A DNA stretch of 48,530 nucleotides from Alphaproteobacteria bacterium (lineage in GTDB: Bacteria; Pseudomonadota; Alphaproteobacteria; RF32; CAG-239), in assembly GCA_045111335.1 (NCBI GenBank), contig JBGUGE010000038.1, positions 1 through 48,530 of the forward strand, read 5' to 3'. Below, piece after piece: positions 9,369 to 17,683 of the stretch. Both the position numbers and the translations under genes were made by a program. The notes under the pieces are model-generated. The model saw nothing but the letters and a program-made list of their open reading frames with translations. It was not told the origin of the DNA and did not search any database. Within the stretch, counting starts at the first letter, position 1; every line of letters starts with the position of its first letter.

Positions 9369-9581
9369 ATGAGCTTGTTCAAAGATATATTAAAAAGAAT
9401 TGGTAAATACATTGGGTATGTGCTACTTTTTATTTGTTTTTCAACAATTACAGGTGTTGTTGCCGGAATTACTTGGTATGCATTGACTGAACATAGTTAT
9501 AAAGAGTGCGATAACCAGTTTATATATGGTTGTATGTCTGCAGGACTTAGTGAAGAAGCCTGCAAAAGTAGAGTGTATTGA
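9369..9581 (+). CDS. Small membrane protein with Cys-rich tail, orphan immunity candidate
   Basis: RBS GGAGGA before ATG 9369; one TM segment, then C-x6-C-x9-C. Confidence 0.6.
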   Translation: MSLFKDILKRIGKYIGYVLLFICFSTITGVVAGITWYALTEHSYKECDNQFIYGCMSAGLSEEACKSRVY

Positions 9582-9667
9582 TAATAAACAAAAGGCGAGG
9601 AAAATTTCCTTGCCTTTTATTTTTGTTGATATACTATCATAATGGTTACAACCTTTAGGATAACAAC

Positions 9668-10012
9668 ATGTTTCAAGACAAGGTAAAGCAAGCGATATCA
9701 GATACTTTCAAACTCTTGTGGTCGTTCAAATGGTATGTTGGATTGTATCTGCTGTATTATATTATAAGTATTATATCATTATTTGATATACCGACAGCAG
9801 ATGATAAAATATTCCATGCAGAAGCAACTTCGCAAATCTGGTCATATACTAATCAAGAGGTTTATATCGGCAGTCTAAGGTTAGAAATTATAATACTGAG
9901 TTTACTTTTTCTGTTGGGGACGAGTAATATGCGTAATCACCCGAAGATAGCAAAATTTATTTTTATTCTACCATGGATTTATGCAACAATTCGTTTGATA
10001 AAACTTTTTTAA
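9668..10012 (+). CDS. Membrane protein, orphan immunity candidate
   Basis: RBS AGGA; three hydrophobic segments; preceded by the same hairpin as 5756. Confidence 0.7.
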   Translation: MFQDKVKQAISDTFKLLWSFKWYVGLYLLYYIISIISLFDIPTADDKIFHAEATSQIWSYTNQEVYIGSLRLEIIILSLLFLLGTSNMRNHPKIAKFIFILPWIYATIRLIKLF

Positions 10013-10110
10013 AGGTATCCGGTTTCGCCTTTGATATATGATTGCCGGGTATATGGCACGTTTCGGAAGATTTTTGCAAGTGTAGCGAAATTATATCGCA
10101 AGTCCAAAGA
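10008..10110 (+). repeat. Right-end repeat family (copies at 10008, about 11560 and 36429)
   Basis: TTTAAAGGTATCCGGTTTCGCCTTTG (26 bp) identical at 10008 and 36429; GTATATGGCACGTTT; TAGCGAAATTATATCG present in all three copies. Confidence 0.85.
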
Positions 10111-10302
10111 GAAAAGTTTGATGAAGCATTAAAAGCTGGTAATAAATTAACGGCTAACGGATTTGCTCATTGGTTTTTAAAGAATAGAGAAAATGATATG
10201 AAAATACCTTATGAGGAAGGTAATAAACTGCATAAACTTATACGTTTGGCAGAGGCAAATAATCGAGAGTTTAAAACACCCATAGAATGCAAAGGCGGAT
10301 AG
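10042..10302 (+). pseudogene. 5'-truncated paralogue of 4014-4475 fused to the repeat
   Basis: QREKFDEALKAGNKLTANGFAHWFL...NNREFK aligns to the C-terminal half of 4014-4475. Confidence 0.75.
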
Positions 10303-10387
10303 TTGCAAACTATACGGGATTGTCAAAGTTTTTCTTATAGATAAAGTAAAACTGTAAATTTCTAATTTTAGCTGAAAGGAAGAAACA

Positions 10388-11068
10388 ATGACGGAATTTA
10401 TAAGAGAATTGATGTTTGGTAAACATCCGGTGCACCGAACAAATCCCAAACCCGGACAAAGCGAATGGTACTATTTGGACCCGCGCGGAACAGATAGATT
10501 TGCTGATATGAAGGAAATCGATGTACCGAATGAGAATTAGCCAAATCCATATGCTAACGAAATACAAAACTATCTGTATGAAAATGACGAGTATAACTAT
10601 AAACAACTTTATGGTAATACTCCACCACCGGTACAAACGCAGAATAATAGTATTCCGCAATTACGCATGCCTGCGGGTTCTGAACAACAAATAACCATGC
10701 CGAGTAATAATTTGCAAAAATACAACAACAATTTTGCAAATTTTGTAAGCAATACTTATGACAACGTAAATAATGCTTATAATAGTGTTAAGCAAGATTA
10801 TTTCGGACAACGAAATTATCAGAATAGGTATAAACAAGGTTGTACGCCTTCTAATATCGCATATAATACAATATCTAATTATCAAATTTCTCCTAACCAG
10901 AAATTGGTAGAAAATGGTAATATAGTTTCAAATTATATTATGAAAAAGGTTTTATCTGCAATACCTGTAGTGGGTACGTATGTAAATGGAATTGTAGCCG
11001 GAGATAAAGTAGCTAATGGATTAACTAATATCTACAATGCTATGGATGAGGCTGATTGTTTTAAATAA
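10388..11068 (+). pseudogene. Second full-length-type effector interrupted by one in-frame TAG (10538-10540)
   Basis: RBS AAGGA and ATG 10388 in frame with track ORF 10667-11068: MTEFIRELMFG...VPNEN*PNPYANE...L2...IPVVGTYVNGIVAG. Confidence 0.75.
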
Positions 11069-11124
11069 AACTTGATTCTAACAAACAATCTGCATATAGT
11101 AAATCTAAATAAAGGGGATAACAA

Positions 11125-11523
11125 ATGAATGAAAAAACAAAAGAAATATGCATATTAGGTGGTTTATATTTTGTGATTAGCTATATCATTGATTTGGTGG
11201 GCGGTTTTGCAAGCAATCTATCAACGATTTTTTTTATTTTGTTTGTTATCCTCTTTTTTATGATTTTATTTGGCAAGAAAGTTGCCTTTCTGCAAAAATT
11301 TACGGATAAGTTTCCCAAGTTCTCGGTGTATTTATATTATATTGGATTTATAGGATATATTTTACTTGTTTTTAATTTATTGGTTTTAGGTCCGACGGAA
11401 TTTATTTCTTTGAGTGAAGTTATGCAAAAATATATTGCATGGGGTGTTGCCACTATAAATATCATCGGAGTCTTGTTGGCGTTAATTTTAGCAACTCGTA
11501 ATGTATTTTTTAAGAAAAAGTGA
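11125..11523 (+). CDS. Four-TM membrane protein, candidate cognate immunity
   Basis: RBS AAGGGG; own promoter TTGATT(11072)-17-TATAGT(11095). Confidence 0.75.
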   Translation: MNEKTKEICILGGLYFVISYIIDLVGGFASNLSTIFFILFVILFFMILFGKKVAFLQKFTDKFPKFSVYLYYIGFIGYILLVFNLLVLGPTEFISLSEVMQKYIAWGVATINIIGVLLALILATRNVFFKKK

Positions 11524-11833
11524 AAATAGCACGAAAGGATCTGAAATGCCTAAGTTCGGAAGTAAATTGATTAATGTAGCGAAATTATATCGTAATTTCA
11601 AAGCATTAGAAAGAGAGTTATTTCCCGCTATCATTTCAGGCGTTTTAGTACAAACAAGGCTGATTTCAAAATTGATGAAATATTTTAAGGCGACGAGATT
11701 GTCCTTCGCAAACACTTTTATGTTTGCTCACGACCTACGGCGCTCATCGGCTAATCGCCGACCGGCATACTTAAAGTCTGCCTTTCGCTTGTAGCCGAAC
11801 ACGCTTCTCCGTGTTCGAACCGGCGCCCTAAAA

Positions 11834-11877
11834 CAAATAAAAAAGTACCACCTAAAAAGGTGGTACTTTTTTATTTG
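11834..11877. terminator. Perfect 20-bp-stem hairpin adjoining a tRNA-Pro 3' fragment
   Basis: CAAATAAAAAAGTACCACCT-aaaa-AGGTGGTACTTTTTTATTTG. Confidence 0.8.
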
Positions 11878-11894
11878 GTCGGGGCGACGAGATT
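11875..11894 (-). repeat. Duplicated 3' end of tRNA-Pro (att-like)
   Basis: TTGGTCGGGGCGACGAGATT identical to 36712-36731; shorter pieces at 11689 (GGCGACGAGATTG) and 12136 (TGGTCG). Confidence 0.9.
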
Positions 11895-12091
11895 GGCTTG
11901 ATTTTTTGTGAAAAATCTGCGCCGCTTCGTCGGCTATCAGCTAACGCTGACCGGCGTTCTCTCGCCCGCCGGCGCCTCCTTGTGTCCCTCGCTACGCTCA
12001 CGACATCTTAACCGGCTCGCACAAATACGCTCGCCGACTGCGATTCCGAACCCGCTCTTCGCGTGTTCATATCTGATTGCTCGCAATCTAC

Positions 12092-12134
12092 AAACGCAAA
12101 AAAGCCACCCGAAATGAGTGGCTTTTTTGTGTTT
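12092..12134. terminator. Long hairpin before a TGGTCG tRNA-end remnant
   Basis: AAACGCAAAAAAGCCAC-N9-GTGGCTTTTTTGTGTTT. Confidence 0.7.
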
Positions 12135-12270
12135 ATGGTCGTGTATATGGCACGTTTTTAAGGAAAGCCCCGGTTCCGAGCTCCCTTGGTCATAAAATGC
12201 GAACTCCCAGTCCGCTTGGTGTTTTTGAAAGAAAGCAACTATAAGTACTTGTATAGTCAACATGCCTAAC

Positions 12271-12303
12271 ACGTCAAAAACTGTCGCAATTTGCTCTTAT
12301 AAT
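12271..12303 (+). promoter_or_regulatory. WYL operator-promoter, copy 2 (points at the DnaB-like gene)
   Basis: ACGTCAAAAACTGTCGC-N10-TATAAT. Confidence 0.7.
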
Positions 12304-12343
12304 ATAACCATTTTGAACCAATTGTTTATTATGGGAGCAGAAA

Positions 12344-13306
12344 ATGACTGAGAATACCGTTGAGAATAATTTATCGGAAATTTTAAACGACTATCTGCAT
12401 GAACTTGATTTTAGGGTTCAACATCCCGATGCATTGATGGGAATTGCGACCGGATTTGACAACCTTGATAAGAGATTGGACGGTTTGTGCAATGGTGAGG
12501 TTATTTTAATCGGTGGTCGCCCGGCGATGGGGAAAACGGCTTTGGCCGCCAATTTGACTTATAATATTGCCGCCGGTTTTTATCTCAAACATCAGCAAAA
12601 TCCGTTAGATGATAAATGCGTTGTATATATCGGCTTGGAGCTTTCGCCGAAATTGTTTGCCAACAGGCTTCTTTCTTTACAGACAGCAATACCGACGTAT
12701 AAATTACGTTGTGGTGAGGATTTGGGAGAAAATTTTGATAAGATTTGCAAAGCCGAACGCACTTTTAGGGAATTACCGATTTATTATCTGGGCGATATAT
12801 TTGAGGTCGATGACATTGAAAAAGAGTTACAAAAGGTAGAAAAACAGGTCGGTTGCGTGATTATCGACTATCTGCAACTCTTGGGAGAGGAATATCAGAC
12901 AAAAGAAGATTACAGCTTAATCGTGTTACAACTTAAATCATTGGCTGTTAAACTCGGCATACCGATTGTGGTGCTTTCGCAGTTGAAACGTGAGTTGGAA
13001 AGCCGAGCCGATAAACACCCGCTTATGAGTGATATTCGCGGGATTATGCGCAATCAAAACGCGGCTGATAATGTCATATTTTTGTATCGCGAAAGCTTTT
13101 ATATTCAATTTGCGGAGCCAAGAACACGCAAGAAAGAATCCGATGATCAATATCAAAAACGTGTGCGGCAGTGGCAAAAACGTTGCGACGAAACAGAAAA
13201 CATTTGTGAAATTATCATCGCCCGCAATTCCGGTGGCTTTTGCGGCATAATTAAACTGCATTTTGATTGGGCCACCGGACTGTTTTGGGAGGAGAAAAGA
13301 GAATGA
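12344..13306 (+). CDS. DnaB-like helicase C-terminal domain protein (no N-terminal domain, degenerate motifs)
   Basis: TGFDNLD, Walker A GRPAMGKT, IIDYLQL, LSQLKR; SDLRESGSIEQDAD reads SDIRGIMRNQNAAD and KxRxG reads RNSGG. Confidence 0.85.
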   Translation: MTENTVENNLSEILNDYLHELDFRVQHPDALMGIATGFDNLDKRLDGLCNGEVILIGGRPAMGKTALAANLTYNIAAGFYLKHQQNPLDDKCVVYIGLELSPKLFANRLLSLQTAIPTYKLRCGEDLGENFDKICKAERTFRELPIYYLGDIFEVDDIEKELQKVEKQVGCVIIDYLQLLGEEYQTKEDYSLIVLQLKSLAVKLGIPIVVLSQLKRELESRADKHPLMSDIRGIMRNQNAADNVIFLYRESFYIQFAEPRTRKKESDDQYQKRVRQWQKRCDETENICEIIIARNSGGFCGIIKLHFDWATGLFWEEKRE

Positions 13307-13375
13307 CATTCTCTGCTCCGAAAGTAGGAATATGCTTCAATCCTTCATAACAAAGGATTGGATTTTATCCAATCC

Positions 13376-15286
13376 TCAATTATCATTATTACTTATAAGA
13401 CGAACTACATTTTCTCTCAGAATTTCTAACATTTCTCTGCCATGTTTTTTGTAGGCATTTTCTTTCCAATCTGCATTAGTAATTGTTTCATTAGACATTA
13501 TTCTTAATTTAAGGCTACCATTTTTTATTGTATCACCAAAACTCCCTTTTTTAGATTCAGGAGATAAGTTGGAAAACTTAGAATTTGTCCTACGTTGAAC
13601 TAAACACAAGTTTCCAAAATAATCCAATCCATCCTTGGGTGACCAACTTTCGAATGTTCCTTCTGACGGATGTTGCGGATACCAGTGCTCTACTGAATTC
13701 CTATACTCGAATGTAAAATTCTTATAATTTTCTTCCGCTTTTTTATACTTATTCCAAAGAAGATAATCCAGATAATTAAAGACAATATGAGGAGTATCAA
13801 CACCAGCATTAAAAGCTTCGGCCTTCAAATAATCTTCATCGCTTAAGTTACTATTATTATTGAAATAATCTTGATAAACAGCTTTTGCTATGTATTTTTC
13901 CAAAAAAGTCCCTACATCTACAATATTATTATTGTTATTGTACAACCATATCAATAATTCAGTAATCCAATGCATAATTTTGGGCGAGGTATAAGAAACA
14001 CGTAGACAAGCTTGAAGCATTAAGATTTGCTTATGTCTCTCGTCATATGTTTTTTCTCTTTCCCATAGATTTGCAAAACATGTGTTTTTGTAATACGCTT
14101 TCTTCTTGCTTTGTTGCCCACTGGAACATAAGCATTTTAAGCTCCAAACACCTTCTTCATCCGTACCGGAAGTTTCTCTTTTTATAATGTATTTATCAAA
14201 TAAATACCTGCAAGTCAGTAAGTAATTAATGAATTTCAGTGAAAAAACACGTTTTTGACCATTATAATATTTTTTTATTACAGCTTCAAATGTCTCAAAA
14301 AGCTTTTTATCGTCTAATAGACGCTTTGTATCACCATGAGATTTTATTTCTTGATTAAGAAAAACTTTTAAAACATGCATTAAAAAGTATGGCGCCTCAA
14401 TAATACTCCTAAATCTTTGACTACCATCATCATCTTCGCCGTAATTGTTTGCTTCTTGCAATTTTTGTATACTATCAAAATTTATAATATCTAATATTTT
14501 CTTTTTTTCTTTACCTGATTCCGCTCTTATAAATTTATTATACTCGTTTTTCGGCTTTTCAGTCCATGTTTCCCCAAAAATTGAAGCTCTGTACTCAGGT
14601 GTAAAATGCATTTGAATGTACCCATTCATATTAACACATGCATCCCAAATTAAAGCAAAAATATCTTTTTCATTATCATTTAAGCAATCCATTAAATGGG
14701 CTTTTAAAATATCTTGTTGTTCCAATTGTTCGCCACGCGTATTCATTATCTCAAAATAACGATTCAAATCAGTATGAGGAGGAACCTTTATTCTATATAT
14801 TTTTACTTTAGACAACTTTTCTTTAAATTTTTCCTTATCGTGTTTTTTAAAATATTCACTAATAATATCCCATCCTTTTATTATTCCCTCGTCTTTTTCT
14901 TTTAATAAATTATCTTGTGCCCCGATTGTATCCAACGTATTATCTGAGGTGGGGCGATATGCAAAGGTCAAATATTCACAATTTTTCCAATCAAGCAAAT
15001 ATTTTAGTACTAAAAATAAAGTTGTTAAACGTTGTTGACCGTCTATAACTTCATATTCATCATCTAATTTATAAACAATCAACGAGCCCAAACAATATGA
15101 TGAATCTGTATCGTCGGCGATTCCATCAATATCTTCCATAAGCTGATTAATTTCTTTGTCTTCCCAAGCAAATGCTCTTTGGTATAAAGGGATAATATAT
15201 CTGACATTTTCTGAAAATAGATTGTTTATATTATTAGGAGTATAAACTTTTAATTCTTCAATAAATGCTTCTCCGGTTTGCTTCAT
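13376..15286 (-). CDS. GmrSD-like DUF262 + DUF1524 (HNH) nuclease
   Basis: IPLYQRAFAW, VIDGQQRLTT, FEIMNTRG; C-terminal SVEHWYPQ...GNLCLV...NSKFSN. Confidence 0.9.
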   Translation of the reverse strand: MKQTGEAFIEELKVYTPNNINNLFSENVRYIIPLYQRAFAWEDKEINQLMEDIDGIADDTDSSYCLGSLIVYKLDDEYEVIDGQQRLTTLFLVLKYLLDWKNCEYLTFAYRPTSDNTLDTIGAQDNLLKEKDEGIIKGWDIISEYFKKHDKEKFKEKLSKVKIYRIKVPPHTDLNRYFEIMNTRGEQLEQQDILKAHLMDCLNDNEKDIFALIWDACVNMNGYIQMHFTPEYRASIFGETWTEKPKNEYNKFIRAESGKEKKKILDIINFDSIQKLQEANNYGEDDDGSQRFRSIIEAPYFLMHVLKVFLNQEIKSHGDTKRLLDDKKLFETFEAVIKKYYNGQKRVFSLKFINYLLTCRYLFDKYIIKRETSGTDEEGVWSLKCLCSSGQQSKKKAYYKNTCFANLWEREKTYDERHKQILMLQACLRVSYTSPKIMHWITELLIWLYNNNNNIVDVGTFLEKYIAKAVYQDYFNNNSNLSDEDYLKAEAFNAGVDTPHIVFNYLDYLLWNKYKKAEENYKNFTFEYRNSVEHWYPQHPSEGTFESWSPKDGLDYFGNLCLVQRRTNSKFSNLSPESKKGSFGDTIKNGSLKLRIMSNETITNADWKENAYKKHGREMLEILRENVVRLISNNDN

Positions 15287-16564
15287 TTAATTTATCTCCT
15301 TTATTTGTGTATATAATGTCTCCCACTTTTCTCGCTGAGCTTTACCTGAATCCCGTTGGATATTAACTACTAAATTTGCAATTTCTTTATGATTTAAGGC
15401 ATTCCTTATTATCGAAAAAATAGGAATATTATTGGTATACCTGCTTTCTGAACTATGGCACGTAGTATAAGCATTGATGCTTGAAAACGGTAATACTTCT
15501 AAATCTACACGTAGCATAAAAGCCCAAGAAAATAGATTTTTTATCGCTTGCTTATCCCAATTATGAAATTTATCATAATAACAGAGTACAGCACATTCAA
15601 ATAAGGTTTTAGCATGCATAAAACCAGTAGAATTTTTATATGGATCAATTACTTTTGATTTATCAACTCCTATCAATTGATAAGCCTCATATTTTACGTA
15701 CTCTAAAAGTGGTACATAATAATCTACCATTTCAAAAAAGTGTTTCCCAGCAATGAAAGGCTCGGTTATTTGGAATATATTCATTGATTTTGCAACTCTT
15801 TTTGCATAAGTATACGAGCTATTTATGGAAACACCTTTATAATAATCAATTTCTTTTGCCGTAAAAGCAGAAGCTTTCTCTTTTCTTGACCATTTTAATA
15901 TGGGAAATAAATAATTTTCAAAAAGATTACGTATATCAGCAGGTTTAATTGCTTCCCATTTTCTTACAGCATTACGCATCTCAAAAGGTTCCTGATTTAT
16001 TTCTCTTAAGTGATAGGCTTTTAATAAATCATGCGGATTAAGCAACTTTCCGCGAGTGTTTTGAGAATCAAACAACTGAAATGCTTCCGTTTCTTTATCA
16101 ACAACTAAAACAACAAATTCAAAAATATTTGTAAAAGCGTTAAGGAGTAAATCCTTCTTATCTTCATGGGTAGAAACCCAACTACGAATATAGTGATAAT
16201 TTTGATAGATGTTTGATTTACTGATATCAGATTCACATTTTTCTTCTAACAAAGGATATGATTGGTTATTATCCAGACAATACAACAATAAAGATAAAGA
16301 AATACATCTCTGTTGTCCATCTACTATATCGTATCTCCCTCTGTTATTGTGCAAAATAACTGAACCTATCCTATATTTAAAATCTTTATATTGAAAACTA
16401 TCCACCAAAGCTTGTTCAATATCTTCCAATAGCGTTGATACATTTTTTATTGTCCATTTGTAAGGACGTTGATAATTTGGTATGTGCAAAGATTTTTGCA
16501 ACAAATCAAAAACACTCAGAATCTGAGCATTTTCTTGGATTTGTTTCTTAATCTCCTCGCTCAT
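15287..16564 (-). CDS. DUF262 (GmrS-like) protein without an HNH domain
   Basis: IPNYQRPYKW, IVDGQQRC, FDSQNTRG; its stop abuts the next ATG (TAAATG). Confidence 0.88.
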   Translation of the reverse strand: MSEEIKKQIQENAQILSVFDLLQKSLHIPNYQRPYKWTIKNVSTLLEDIEQALVDSFQYKDFKYRIGSVILHNNRGRYDIVDGQQRCISLSLLLYCLDNNQSYPLLEEKCESDISKSNIYQNYHYIRSWVSTHEDKKDLLLNAFTNIFEFVVLVVDKETEAFQLFDSQNTRGKLLNPHDLLKAYHLREINQEPFEMRNAVRKWEAIKPADIRNLFENYLFPILKWSRKEKASAFTAKEIDYYKGVSINSSYTYAKRVAKSMNIFQITEPFIAGKHFFEMVDYYVPLLEYVKYEAYQLIGVDKSKVIDPYKNSTGFMHAKTLFECAVLCYYDKFHNWDKQAIKNLFSWAFMLRVDLEVLPFSSINAYTTCHSSESRYTNNIPIFSIIRNALNHKEIANLVVNIQRDSGKAQREKWETLYTQIKEIN

Positions 16565-16686
16565 TCCTAATTCTCCTTCTTGTTTGTACCACTATTAGTC
16601 ATTTCCTGATTCTTAAAGTTTATCCGATATTAACTTAAAGTCAACCGTGGATTTATATAAAAAAATTACACCATTTATTAAATTTT

Positions 16687-16719
16687 GTTATATATCGTAT
16701 ATACGACAATATTTGACGG
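16687..16719 (-). promoter_or_regulatory. WYL operator-promoter, copy 3 (points at the DUF262 pair; lies in the WYL gene leader)
   Basis: Minus strand CCGTCAAATATTGTCGT-N10-TATAAC. Confidence 0.7.
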
Positions 16720-16728
16720 AGATGGGAT

Positions 16729-17676
16729 ATGGCAAATTACGAAAAAATGTATGATTTGTTTGATTTGGCGATGGCAATGCAGGAATCCAGCGAGGGATTG
16801 TCGCTTGAGGATATTCAGCGTAAATACAACGTTTCACGCCGTACTGCCGAGCGTATGCGCGATGCGCTGTTGAACTATTTTCCGCAAATGGAGGAAGTGG
16901 CAACCGGCGAGCGCACCAAACGGTGGCGTATTACTCAGCGCAGTTTGAACAGTTTTATCTCGTTTTCCGCCGAAGAACTGGCCGTATTTAAAACCGCGAT
17001 TGATAGCTTAAAACAGGGAAATTTGCAAGAAAAAGCCGACACCCTGTCTAGGGTTGAAATAAAATTGCGTAATCTGTTAAAGCCGGAGCAAAAAAATAAA
17101 ATCGAGGTTGATGCCGACGAATTGATGAAAGCCGAGGGGCTGGTTTTGCGTCCGGGACCACGGATTGAGCTGGATAAAAATATTCTGAACACCCTGCGTC
17201 AGGCCATTCTTTCTTGTCATCACATCAAAATGGCATATGAAGCCAAAAATTCCGGCAAAAGTCATGTTTACAGGCTCGTTCCGTACGGTTTCTTATACGG
17301 TCAGCGCGATCATTATTTAGTGGCCAAGCACAGCGATGGCTATGATAACGGCAAAGCGCACAATTTCTCGTTGCAATGTATTAAAAGCGTAGAGATATTG
17401 CCAGATATTTTTGACAGTTCCGAATTTGATTTGCAGGCGTATGCTTTGGAATCCTTCGGAGCTTTTCACGAGGAGCCTTTTGATGTGGAGTGGTTGTTCA
17501 GTGCCAACGTTGCCAATGAAGCCGAAAACTTTATTTTCCATCCGAAGCAAAAATTAACCCGCAATCCGGATGGCACGCTGACGGTTAAATTCAGAGCCGG
17601 TGGCCGTCGTGAAATGGATTGGTTTTTATACACCTGGGGCGATGACGTCAAAGTCATCAAACCGAAACCGGAGTAA
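16729..17676 (+). CDS. wHTH-WYL-WCX transcriptional regulator (DriD/PafBC-like)
   Basis: N-terminal HTH (GLSLEDIQRKYNVSRRTAERMRDAL), WYL core (LVPYGFLYG.RDHYLVA), WCX (FHPKQ...EMDWFLYTWGDDVKVIKP). Confidence 0.92.
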   Translation: MANYEKMYDLFDLAMAMQESSEGLSLEDIQRKYNVSRRTAERMRDALLNYFPQMEEVATGERTKRWRITQRSLNSFISFSAEELAVFKTAIDSLKQGNLQEKADTLSRVEIKLRNLLKPEQKNKIEVDADELMKAEGLVLRPGPRIELDKNILNTLRQAILSCHHIKMAYEAKNSGKSHVYRLVPYGFLYGQRDHYLVAKHSDGYDNGKAHNFSLQCIKSVEILPDIFDSSEFDLQAYALESFGAFHEEPFDVEWLFSANVANEAENFIFHPKQKLTRNPDGTLTVKFRAGGRREMDWFLYTWGDDVKVIKPKPE

Positions 17677-17683
17677 AAATTTT

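Larger units (their letters stand above)
3620..11894. mobile_element. Element 1: internally deleted relative of element 2 carrying the polymorphic effector locus
   Basis: Left end 3622-3709 is homologous to 12221-12308; contains the 186-bp module and copies (10008-10110, 11560-11670) of the 36429-36590 right-end sequence; ends at tRNA-Pro 3' fragments. Boundaries approximate. Confidence 0.6.

Noticed and set aside
10538-10540. Amber recoding (alternative genetic code)
   Set aside because: TAG is a normal stop in neighbouring genes (9329, 25440, 32536); a single nonsense change is simpler
11794-11820. ACACGCTTCTCC match to the hairpin-module stem
   Set aside because: Only 12 bp, in a different structural context; may be chance
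11875-11960. Second tRNA-Pro gene
   Set aside because: Only the last 19 nt of the tRNA match; no D or anticodon arm
11488-12272. Track ORFs across the repeat and tRNA-fragment region
   Set aside because: Chance frames over structured non-coding repeats
12344-13306. Host replicative helicase dnaB
   Set aside because: Lacks the N-terminal domain and key motifs and lies in an island; gene symbol withheld
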